A stretch of DNA of 50,441 nucleotides from a virus. Lineage: Duplodnaviria > Caudoviricetes. Shown in pieces: positions 35,116 to 42,707 of this stretch; the stretch's first letter is position 1; the number at the start of each line of letters is the position of its first letter. Position numbers and translations under genes: made by a program. The notes under the pieces were generated by a model. The model was not told the DNA's origin and did no database searches. It was given only the letters and a program-made list of their open reading frames with translations. The stretch covers positions 1 through 50,441 of IMG/VR virus record IMGVR_UViG_3300042540_000801. One strand, given 5' to 3'.

Positions 35116-36025
35116 CCGTGGCCGCCCCTTGGGGGATCCAGTTCATGACGAGCCGCTGCCCGGGGTTGAGGTACATGCTCATCCCGGTCTTGTCGTAGAT
35201 GCTGCGGTGAAAGTTGACGTGCTCGCAGTCGCCACCCGAGTAGGTTCCGGCGAAGAACGCTTCCGGCTGGTAGATCGCCATGCCGCCGAAGGCCGAGCAG
35301 CATCTGACTGGCTCGCTGCCGACGGGAGGAAACCAGCCGTGAAACCACCCCATGTCGTGCTGTTCTGTCCAGTGATTGAGGCGGAACGCCCAGGCGTCGT
35401 AGTGGATGGTGATCTTGCCGCTGGGATCGAGGTCGGACGGGTATTCGATGGTCGACACGCTGGCCAGGCCGGCCGCGTCCGCGAGCCTGTTCATCCAGGC
35501 CAGGCCGCTCATGACGCCGTGAGCGGACCATCCGCCCCAGGTGTCGAGGTCGATGACGATGATGCGGTGGCGACGGTCGCCGGCCGGCCGGTGGCTCCGC
35601 GCCCATTCCAGGCAGGCTTGCCGGTATTCGGCGAGGGCGTCGGTGCGGCGCTTCGACTTCTCCGTGGACAACTGCGGGCGGTTGTGCGTGGAGCACTGGT
35701 GTTCGACCTGCGGGCACCGCTCGCTCCAGGCCTGCAGTTCGCGCTGCGTCCCGTCGGTGCTGTCGTTTTCGTAGACGAAGGCCCGCCAGGAGCGGAACTG
35801 GTTGCCCAAGTATTCAATGCGGGCGGTGTTGATCGTGAGCCACGGCATCGTGTTGCGTGCCAGGCCGAGGATGGTGACGTCGGTATCCCTGGCGATCTCC
35901 TCGCCATCGAGGACCGCTTCCCAGTAGGCCGGGGCGCACTCGCGCGACGTGGCCGGGAGCAGGAGGTCAGGGGACCGCTTGACGACGTCTTGGTAGGTCA
36001 CCGTGTCGCGGTCGGTGGTTGTCAT
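35069..36025 (-). CDS. Glycosyltransferase (CAP59/GT69-like GT-A)
   Basis: GLARN, YENDSTDGT, LA.YR, VIDLD, YDAWA.R, SAFGG.AIY, CEH. Confidence 0.8.
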   Translation of the reverse strand: MTTTDRDTVTYQDVVKRSPDLLLPATSRECAPAYWEAVLDGEEIARDTDVTILGLARNTMPWLTINTARIEYLGNQFRSWRAFVYENDSTDGTQRELQAWSERCPQVEHQCSTHNRPQLSTEKSKRRTDALAEYRQACLEWARSHRPAGDRRHRIIVIDLDTWGGWSAHGVMSGLAWMNRLADAAGLASVSTIEYPSDLDPSGKITIHYDAWAFRLNHWTEQHDMGWFHGWFPPVGSEPVRCCSAFGGMAIYQPEAFFAGTYSGGDCEHVNFHRSIYDKTGMSMYLNPGQRLVMNWIPQGAATDGRQHGNHLDAGVSG

Positions 36026-36063
36026 GGTGTCCGTGCTGCTGGGAGTTGTGCCAGCCGCCATCG

Positions 36064-36345
36064 TCAAGGGCGTGTCAAGCGAAACCGCTCCGGCCCCCAG
36101 GTGGCGCGGATGGCTGCGGCCCGCTCGGCGATCTCGGCAGGGGTCGGGTCGTTGGCCTGGCGCTCGAGCGCGTCGGCCCGTGGCTTGTGGCGCGGCGGCC
36201 GCCGCTTGAGGCCGTGCCGCTTGACGGCCGCCGTGAACGCCGACGGCGTGCACCCGAGGATGGCGGGGAGGTCGGAGCGACGGAGCGTATGGTCGTGCCA
36301 GATGCGGAAGAGCTTGGGGACGTCGATGCCATCGTCGTGCTGCAT
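36064..36345 (-). CDS. HTH-like protein with DPTPAEIAERAAAIRATW motif
   Basis: Paralogue of 34735..35115. Confidence 0.7.
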   Translation of the reverse strand: MQHDDGIDVPKLFRIWHDHTLRRSDLPAILGCTPSAFTAAVKRHGLKRRPPRHKPRADALERQANDPTPAEIAERAAAIRATWGPERFRLTRP

Positions 36346-36440
36346 GGAGGTTCCTGTCCTGTCTGGGTGCGGAGCGAGGTGGCCATGCCTGAGCGAGCCC
36401 GCCCCGAGTCGAGGCGGGCCCGCCAGGCGATGGTGCTGGG

Positions 36441-36719
36441 TCACCGGTAGCGGATGACCGCGAACCACTGGCGACGGGCCGGCGAGTAGGCGACGCCTTC
36501 CTCGACGATGACCCGCTTGCCGAAGAAGCAGCAGTTCCGCCGCGCGGATTCGGGGGTGGAGCCGCAGCCGATCCCCTCGTACTGGCCGCACCCGGAGTGC
36601 ACGAGCACGCCGCGACGGGCGATGATCGTGGCGTGATCCTGGGCCGTGACCACGACAGTCGGGGCGGCTTCAACCGTGAAGCAGGCCAGGGCGACAAGGC
36701 AGGCGAGAAGCAAACGCAT
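36441..36719 (-). CDS. Small secreted protein, minimal CAP/SCP-like pattern
   Basis: Signal peptide; AQDHA..IA.RG.L.HSG...YEGIG; GGAGG SD. Confidence 0.65.
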   Translation of the reverse strand: MRLLLACLVALACFTVEAAPTVVVTAQDHATIIARRGVLVHSGCGQYEGIGCGSTPESARRNCCFFGKRVIVEEGVAYSPARRQWFAVIRYR

Positions 36720-36902
36720 GGCAATCCTCCGTGAACTCCCGGTATCCGCCGGGACTCACGCAGGATGGCGAGCGTGTCAAGCGTCCACGCCTACCACTCG
36801 CCGGCTTCGCCGCTTTTCGCGGGCCGTTTCACGCCGTTCGGCCGCGAAACGCAGGTCGGACCCGGATTAGGCTGCGAACTGGCCGCCTAATTCTGGTTCT
36901 GC

Positions 36903-37142
36903 TCAATCCAATGTGGCCGCGCCGACGTTGACGGAGCGCCCGTGCCATGCCTCGCGCTCGCGCATAGAACAGTTCCACGCAACAAGGCAGGAGGTGAGGT
37001 GCCTTGCAAGGATGAAGTCGGGCGTGCCGCTCTCGTTCTCCATGCTGTGCCTATTGAGAAGGTCGGCAAGTTCTTCTGTGAACCCTTTAGGTGCGCCAGC
37101 AGAACAAGCCGATGCAACAGACCGCTCGTCAGTGTCGCTCAT
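36903..37142 (-). CDS. Cassette 1 hypothetical protein
   Basis: GGAGG SD and ATG inside attC1; LLNRHSMENESGTPDFILA. Confidence 0.8.
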   Translation of the reverse strand: MSDTDERSVASACSAGAPKGFTEELADLLNRHSMENESGTPDFILARHLTSCLVAWNCSMREREAWHGRSVNVGAATLD

Positions 37143-37188
37143 AGTCGCCGCCTCCTTCGTTCGCGGCCGTTGATCTTCCGTGTTCTGC
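37099..37188 (+). other. attC site 1 (intact, 90 bp)
   Basis: R'' GCAGAAC, 5-nt spacer, L'' GAT[G]CAAC, bulged A, L' GTTGATC, 6-nt spacer, R' GTTCTGC. Confidence 0.85.
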
Positions 37189-37491
37189 CTACTTCAAAAG
37201 CCGCTCAAGAATCTCCTTGACCTTGTCCAAGTCCTCTTGCTTCTTGCGGTCGCGGCTTTCGGCAAACATCTGGTCAACAATCGCAACGGCTCGCGGTCGA
37301 GCAGCGGTCAGTTCCTCGTCTGTGACGATGCCTTTCTGGAGAAGGGCCACCAGTAGCGTGGCGTGGTTCGTGGCTTGCGCAGCACTCGCGTCGTTTGTTG
37401 ATGCCGCGAGTTCTTTGAACGCTTGAATAATCAACTCTCCAGGCAAGGCAGAACCACGCGATGGAATGGACTGCTCATTCTCGTTCGTCAT
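37189..37491 (-). CDS. Cassette 2 hypothetical protein
   Basis: AGGAG SD and ATG inside attC2; stop abuts R' of attC1. Confidence 0.8.
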   Translation of the reverse strand: MTNENEQSIPSRGSALPGELIIQAFKELAASTNDASAAQATNHATLLVALLQKGIVTDEELTAARPRAVAIVDQMFAESRDRKKQEDLDKVKEILERLLK

Positions 37492-37533
37492 GGTTGCTCC
37501 TGCGTTCGATGCCGCTGATCGCTGGCGTTCTCA
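37448..37533 (+). other. attC site 2 (86 bp, L boxes mismatched)
   Basis: GCAGAAC-cacgc-GATGGAAT ... GCTGATC-gctggc-GTTCTCA. Confidence 0.7.
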
Positions 37534-37965
37534 CTTCAGTCGCTCCAGCAGCGACCAGAGTATTGCGGAGTCTGCGCCAGCAACCCGATACATCGCGCGA
37601 AATATCACCTCCCGCTCCTCGTCGGTGAGCGCGGGGGCAAAATACAACGGTGCGAGCGGCAGTGGTCGGTTGGTTTCGCCAAAAAGGCACTCTCTTGCGA
37701 GACTCATAGCCTCGTCCTTCTGGTGGTCCGCGAATGCCTCATAGACCGACAGATCGCCCGGCGGGCCGGCAGTCACCGCCCACGCCACCGGCTTAGAACC
37801 AGCGGATGCAAGAGACGGCTCGTTTGCGTCTTGTGTGTTGTCAGTGTTCATGTCTCGCCGCTCCTCGCCGGTGAGCCGCAGGCGTGCGATCTCTGACTCC
37901 AGTTGCGCGATCTTGATGCGGTCGGCGGCAATCGCGTGCCGCAGCCATTCGGCGTCGTCAGCCAT
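37531..37965 (-). CDS. Cassette 3 hypothetical protein (internal start at 37851), apparently fused to an upstream fragment
   Basis: SD sequences at both 37965 and 37851 starts; SLASAGS encoded by attC3 left arm. Confidence 0.65.
   Translation of the reverse strand: MADDAEWLRHAIAADRIKIAQLESEIARLRLTGEERRDMNTDNTQDANEPSLASAGSKPVAWAVTAGPPGDLSVYEAFADHQKDEAMSLARECLFGETNRPLPLAPLYFAPALTDEEREVIFRAMYRVAGADSAILWSLLERLK
37793..37862 (+). other. attC site 3 (right arm truncated)
   Basis: TTAGAAC-cagcg-GATGCAAG-AGACGGC ... GCCGCTC, then no L'/R'. Confidence 0.6.
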
Positions 37966-38007
37966 TCGTGCCTCCTGCCCACGCGATGCAGCGGACCCGC
38001 GATGCCG

Positions 38008-38388
38008 TCACTCCTGGTCGAAGAGCCCGGCCGCGCTCGGGAGATCGGCGTCGTCGGCCGGACGGAGCCAGGCGGCGCCCTTCCAGAAGACGTGCCAGAC
38101 CTCGTGCAGCGCACGGCCGTACCAGTCGAAGACGCCGAAGGACGAGTCCACCTTGCTCTTGAAGTTGCCGTAGTCGATCTCGCTGCCGAGCATGGCGATG
38201 ATCTCCGCGAGCCGGGAGCGGCAGACGTGGATGCGGTAGGGGTAGTCGCGTTCCGGGGTTGTGTGGATGGGGACGCCGGGCTCCAGGGCGCGGAGGTGCG
38301 TGATGTCCCGCGAGCGGATGAAGAACGAATTGCGGTCGGCCGTGTCCTGCACGATCGAGTAGAAGCCGCGTTTGGTACAGAGCCACAT
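38008..38388 (-). CDS. Hypothetical protein
   Basis: MW..T..GFYSIV...DYPYR...IDY.NFK; GAGG SD. Confidence 0.8.
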   Translation of the reverse strand: MWLCTKRGFYSIVQDTADRNSFFIRSRDITHLRALEPGVPIHTTPERDYPYRIHVCRSRLAEIIAMLGSEIDYGNFKSKVDSSFGVFDWYGRALHEVWHVFWKGAAWLRPADDADLPSAAGLFDQE

Positions 38389-38399
38389 GGGTCACCTCG

Positions 38400-39509
38400 T
38401 CAGGCTGCGATGGGGGAAATGACGCAGAGCCGGTCCTCGCAGCGGAGGACGACATTCGACTCGGCGCTCTTTGCTTCGATGTGAACCATCTCGAGCGACT
38501 CGACGGTCTCGAGGAACTGGGCCACGTACTCGGGGGCGAGGGTGATCTGGCACGGCGTGCCGCACTCGCTGATGTCGCAGGCGACCTTCGACTCGCCGGC
38601 CTCGGGGCTCTTGCCCGTGAGGAGGATGCCTTCGCTGGTGATGGCGTAGGCCACGCCGCGGCTCGTCTGGCTGGTCGTGATCCCGGCCGCCCGGGTCGCG
38701 GCCAGGAGGTGGCCGGCCTGCACGCGGGTCGGGGCGTCCGACTCCTCGGGGATGGCCTTCCGCCAGGCTGGGAAGGCCGAGGCGAGGCGGGCCGCCGTGA
38801 GCGTCGTCGTGGCGTTGGTGGCGACGATGGAGGCCTTGCTGGAGGCGAGCTGCACCGCTTCGAAGCCGGCGGCGACGGCGATGGAGTGGATGGCGTTCGC
38901 CGCCCGCACCGTGATGAGCACCTCGCAGTCGTCGACGGCCTGGTCGATCTCGATGCGGTAGGCGTGGAGCCGCCGCCCGTCGGTGGCCACGAACGTGACC
39001 ACGCCGTCGGTGACGTTGATGAGCACGCCGCCGCCACGCTTGTCGGCCGCGGGAATGACGGTCTCCAGGCAGCGGGCGAGCTGGTCGCCGGGAACCCGAG
39101 CGACCGGCAGCAGGCGGCCGGGGGCGCTGGCGGGGAAGTCCGAGACGGCGCACGTCGGGAGGACCCACTTGCCGGTCTTGCTCTTCACGGTGCAAGCCGC
39201 CTTGCCCTGCTCGATGCGGATGTCGCCGTCGCGGTCGCAGGCCCCGGCGATGCGGGTGAGTTTGTCGCCGGGGAGGAGGACGGTGATGCCGGACTCTTCG
39301 GCTCCGTGGAGCTTGGTCTCGATGCGGAGCTCGCCGTCCGTGGCCGTCAGCATCCCGCCCGCGATGAGGACGTGCTGCATGGCTGGGATCGAGGTTCGGC
39401 CGGCGACCGCCGGGGCGACCATGGCGAGCGCCCGCTTGAGTTCAGTCACCTCGAGGTCGAGGCGTGTGCCAGGCGTTCCGCGGGATGCACCGTTTGCTGC
39501 AGCTGTCAT
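38400..39509 (-). CDS. dnaN: DNA polymerase III beta sliding clamp-like protein
   Basis: LTATDGE, DFP, VATDGRRL, FPAWRKAIP, VISPI; ~370 aa three-domain size. Confidence 0.85.
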   Translation of the reverse strand: MTAAANGASRGTPGTRLDLEVTELKRALAMVAPAVAGRTSIPAMQHVLIAGGMLTATDGELRIETKLHGAEESGITVLLPGDKLTRIAGACDRDGDIRIEQGKAACTVKSKTGKWVLPTCAVSDFPASAPGRLLPVARVPGDQLARCLETVIPAADKRGGGVLINVTDGVVTFVATDGRRLHAYRIEIDQAVDDCEVLITVRAANAIHSIAVAAGFEAVQLASSKASIVATNATTTLTAARLASAFPAWRKAIPEESDAPTRVQAGHLLAATRAAGITTSQTSRGVAYAITSEGILLTGKSPEAGESKVACDISECGTPCQITLAPEYVAQFLETVESLEMVHIEAKSAESNVVLRCEDRLCVISPIAA

Positions 39510-39624
39510 TCTCTCTCTCCTTGGTTGCGAGGTTCCGTCCAACGCAGATTCCAGCGACGAACGTGAGCAGGGTGAGAATCACGCCGATGCTCACGCAGAC
39601 GACTTGCTCGATGCTGATGCTCAT
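39442..39624 (-). CDS. Small membrane protein
   Basis: Single TM helix; ATGA overlap. Confidence 0.55.
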   Translation of the reverse strand: MSISIEQVVCVSIGVILTLLTFVAGICVGRNLATKERENDSCSKRCIPRNAWHTPRPRGD

Positions 39625-39884
39625 GTTTCCATCGCGATGCTCACCGCGCCTCCGTGGCCGCTTGTGTCGATGACCTCGGCCCGGGTGATGCCGTTGAGGG
39701 TGTTCATCAGTTTCTCGGCGAGCACGACGGGATCATCGTCTTCGTCGGCCAGCGTGGTGGCGCAGAGGGCGATGTTGTCGGCGGTCTCTTCACAGACCTC
39801 GCACGGCCCGTCGTTCGCCTCGACCCAGAGCCGGATCGTCAGCCGTCCGACACGCAGCGTCCTGATGATTTCGTAGCACCGCAT
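39621..39884 (-). CDS. Hypothetical protein
   Basis: 87 aa in operon. Confidence 0.6.
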   Translation of the reverse strand: MRCYEIIRTLRVGRLTIRLWVEANDGPCEVCEETADNIALCATTLADEDDDPVVLAEKLMNTLNGITRAEVIDTSGHGGAVSIAMET

Positions 39885-40143
39885 TCGCTTCTTCCCTTGA
39901 GGTGACGACGGCGCACCGTGCGCCGCCTTGTTGCTCGATCTCTCGCATCCGCAGTTCCTGGAGCTTCGTCGGCTTCTTGCCGGGTTGCTTCACCTCGAGG
40001 AAGACGGCGCGGCCGCCGTTGAGGCAGAGCAGGTCGGGGACACCCGAGAGCTGGTGAGGCCCGCCGTGGAGCTTCATGCTCCACCAGCCGAGTTGTTTGG
40101 CTGAGCGAACAATCGAGGCGACGATGGTGGACTCGCGAGGCAC
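39790..40143 (-). CDS. VRR-NUC domain nuclease
   Basis: RES.I, GVPDL, FLEVK.PG..P..LQ. Confidence 0.88.
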   Translation of the reverse strand: MPRESTIVASIVRSAKQLGWWSMKLHGGPHQLSGVPDLLCLNGGRAVFLEVKQPGKKPTKLQELRMREIEQQGGARCAVVTSREEANAVLRNHQDAACRTADDPALGRGERRAVRGL

Positions 40144-40248
40144 TCCGTTGCCCTCCGTGGCGGTTGGATACCCGAACAATGGCGTCTGAAAAACTGCAGG
40201 GGATTCCAGGGGCGGGGGGAGCATACGCATGGCCGATCTGTTTGCCTA

Positions 40249-40453
40249 GTGCCTTGCCGGCAAGGACTTCCGCGGTGAGGTGCTAGCACTGCTGACGGGC
40301 GTTGCCCCGGCGCGGGTCGCTTGGGCGACGACCCGCGCCGGAGGCTGCTGCCGTCCGGGGTGCAGCGGCGAGATGATCCGCCGCCCCCGGTTGTTGCCGT
40401 TACTCGCCACCAGCAACTGGGCGACCGATGCGGCTGGACGATGCAGCAGCCGC
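40249..40453. ncRNA. Candidate structured RNA / multi-hairpin element
   Basis: Six consecutive inverted repeats in an intergenic gap, including a perfect 13-bp stem. Confidence 0.35.
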
Positions 40454-40479
40454 TTGCGGCTCACGGTGGAGCACGGGAC

Positions 40480-40836
40480 TCACGCGGACGATGCCTTGAG
40501 GTAGGACGCGACCCGCGGAGCGAGCGCCTTGTTGTTTGCCAGCATCCATTCGAGGTATTTCCTGCCGTTGGGCTGGGCGTCCGCTTCGGCCAGGGTCATG
40601 CCTTGGAACCGCCCGTACTTGAGCCGAAACTCCTCGGCCGCCTCGGCCGGCCGCGGGACCGGCTCGGGAGCCGCCTCCGGTGTAGCCGGGGCGTCAATGC
40701 GGTCGCGGTTCCCGCAGTAGATGCACCAGAGCAGCCAGGTACGGTGACCCCGCTTGTCGGTGAAGTCGTCGAGCATGTCGTGGGCGTCGCAACCGCACCG
40801 CGAGCAGACGGCGATGCTGTGCAGGATGGTGCTCAT
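40480..40836 (-). CDS. Zinc-ribbon protein with DUF3820-like C-terminus
   Basis: CxxC..CxxC; YGRFQGMTL.E.....YLEW. Confidence 0.65.
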   Translation of the reverse strand: MSTILHSIAVCSRCGCDAHDMLDDFTDKRGHRTWLLWCIYCGNRDRIDAPATPEAAPEPVPRPAEAAEEFRLKYGRFQGMTLAEADAQPNGRKYLEWMLANNKALAPRVASYLKASSA

Positions 40837-42488
40837 AGGATCTCCATGCGCGGCGTCTTCTGCCGCCCCTCGTTGATGACGTGCAGGTGGTGACGGGTCC
40901 GAGTCACCGCTACGTAGGCGATGCGGTGCTCTTCGTCGTGCTGGGTCTGGTCTTCCATCCCGTTCTCGATCTGGCCGCTCGTGGTGGTGAGGACGGCCAC
41001 GTTGTCGGCTTCGAAGCCTTTGACGCTGTGGATCGTGCCGACGCGGATCTTTGGCTCGGCGGCCAGGTCGGGACCGTGCCGTAGAGCTTGCTCGCGCCAC
41101 TCGAGCCCGCGGTCGACGAGCCCGACCCACTTCCCGGCTCCGATGCGGTCGCAGAGTTCCGAGGTCGCTCCGATGGCCGGGAGGTCGCTGGGGAAGATGA
41201 GGTCCCACTGGTCGGCCGCGTCCCCGTTCTTCCACCGTGACTTCGTGCCGCGGGCCAGCATCGGGACGCGGTCCCGGCCCGAGGAGGCCGGCAGGAGCTC
41301 GAGCGCCCGGCTCCACTGCTGGCCGGTGATCGGCTCGCCGTGCTCGAGCGCCCAGAGGGCCGCCAGACCGACCGAGCGGGCCGTGCGGCCGTCAGGGGAG
41401 GTTGTCCACTTGGCCGGCTTGTGGGCGGCGTTGAGGGCCGCCATGAGCCTCCCGGCTTGGTAGTTCGTCCGGGCGATGAAGAGCCAGTTGTCGCCGGGGT
41501 TGGCGAGGCTGGCCGCGTCCTCGATGGAGTTGAGCTCCGACACCGACCCGTCGTGCGGAGCCGGCTCGACGCCACGGTCGAAGTAGCCCCGCTTCATCCG
41601 CCGCAGACACTGCTCGCCGAGGCTGATGATCGGGGCGGGGCAGCGGTACGAGCGCGGCATGATCCGTTCCTTGTCCGCGTGCCAGGCCATGAAGTTGTCC
41701 GCGTTGGAGCCGGCGAACCCGTAGATGGCTTGGAACGGATCGCCGACGATGTAGCACCAGCGGACCGATGGAGCGGTGACGAGCCGCTTGCAGGCGGCGT
41801 CCATGAGGGCGCTGGCGTCCTGCTGCTCGTCGAAGAGCCAGGCATCGACTTCCGGCAGCTCTCCCTCCGGGGTTCTGACGTACGGCACCCCGGTGGTGTC
41901 GACGGCGAACCCGGCGAACCGGAGCAGGAGGTCGGAGAAGTCGACGCGGTCGTCGAGTCGCTTGGCGGCTTCGTAGCGGTTGCATACCCGAACAATCGAG
42001 TCCAGTGGAGGCACGTTGTCGTCGATGCTCTTGAGCCGCTTCACGATTGGCTCGAGCGGCTGGAGCGTGGCACGGCAGAGTTCCCAGCAGTTGAGGGCGG
42101 CGGCGGCCGCCGGGTCGCCGAGGAACTTCTGTCGCCCCGTGTCGTCGTCGATGGAGGTTTCGATCCGGCACTGGAGGGCGTTGCAGAGCCATTCGATGTC
42201 GGCCTGCGTGTTGCCGATCATCTGCCCGCCGGAGATCCCGAGGCAGCGGTAGGCGACGCTGTGGACGGTGCGGAACCAGCCGCGGCTCGTGAGGAGGTCG
42301 GGGCTGACGTTCCAGGCTTTGCTGGCCCGTTCGACGGCCTCGGCCCGGGCGGCGCGGGTGAAGGACGCGAACCCCAGCCGCAGGGGATCCCGGCCGAGGT
42401 GGTCGAGGGCGCTGTCCATGATGCGGAGCAGTTCGGAGGTCTTGCCGGAGCCGGCCGAGCCGACGAGCCGGGCGATCTGGAGGGTCAT
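40833..42488 (-). CDS. UvrD-like SF1 helicase
   Basis: GSAGSGKT, DEQQD, GDPFQAIY, SYRCP, ARTN, TIHSVKGFE, YVAVTR. Confidence 0.92.
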   Translation of the reverse strand: MTLQIARLVGSAGSGKTSELLRIMDSALDHLGRDPLRLGFASFTRAARAEAVERASKAWNVSPDLLTSRGWFRTVHSVAYRCLGISGGQMIGNTQADIEWLCNALQCRIETSIDDDTGRQKFLGDPAAAAALNCWELCRATLQPLEPIVKRLKSIDDNVPPLDSIVRVCNRYEAAKRLDDRVDFSDLLLRFAGFAVDTTGVPYVRTPEGELPEVDAWLFDEQQDASALMDAACKRLVTAPSVRWCYIVGDPFQAIYGFAGSNADNFMAWHADKERIMPRSYRCPAPIISLGEQCLRRMKRGYFDRGVEPAPHDGSVSELNSIEDAASLANPGDNWLFIARTNYQAGRLMAALNAAHKPAKWTTSPDGRTARSVGLAALWALEHGEPITGQQWSRALELLPASSGRDRVPMLARGTKSRWKNGDAADQWDLIFPSDLPAIGATSELCDRIGAGKWVGLVDRGLEWREQALRHGPDLAAEPKIRVGTIHSVKGFEADNVAVLTTTSGQIENGMEDQTQHDEEHRIAYVAVTRTRHHLHVINEGRQKTPRMEIL

Positions 42489-42494
42489 GGGGAT

Positions 42495-42705
42495 GGCTTT
42501 TTGGGGTTAGGATGGGGGGTTTTCGGGCCGCTTACGGAGCGTTCCAAGAAAAAAAGTCCGGCAAAACGGGTTTTCCCGGGGGTTTTCCCGGCACGGTAAG
42601 CCGTGGCGCCGCTTGGACTTGTGCGCCGTGTCGGGAAAACCGGACGCTTGCGAAGATTGAAAACGGCTGTTTCACTTTCGGGGGGCATATAGGTAGGGGT
42701 TTTCG
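42495..42705. repeat. Iteron-like GGGTTTTC(CCGG) repeats; candidate replication origin
   Basis: Copies at 42517, 42568, 42580, 42697 and inverted at 42632; A-tracts; between prim-pol and helicase. Confidence 0.55.
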
Positions 42706-42707
42706 CG

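Larger units (their letters stand above)
36896..37862 (+). mobile_element. Integron-type gene cassette array (attC cluster lacking intI)
   Basis: Core sites GTTCTGC/GTTCTGC/GTTCTCA at 36896, 37182, 37527; inverse cores GCAGAAC/GCAGAAC/TTAGAAC at 37099, 37448, 37793; lower GC. Confidence 0.75.

Noticed and set aside
35069-36724. 551-aa glycosyltransferase
   Set aside because: N-terminal ~230 aa overlap two better-supported genes in other frames.
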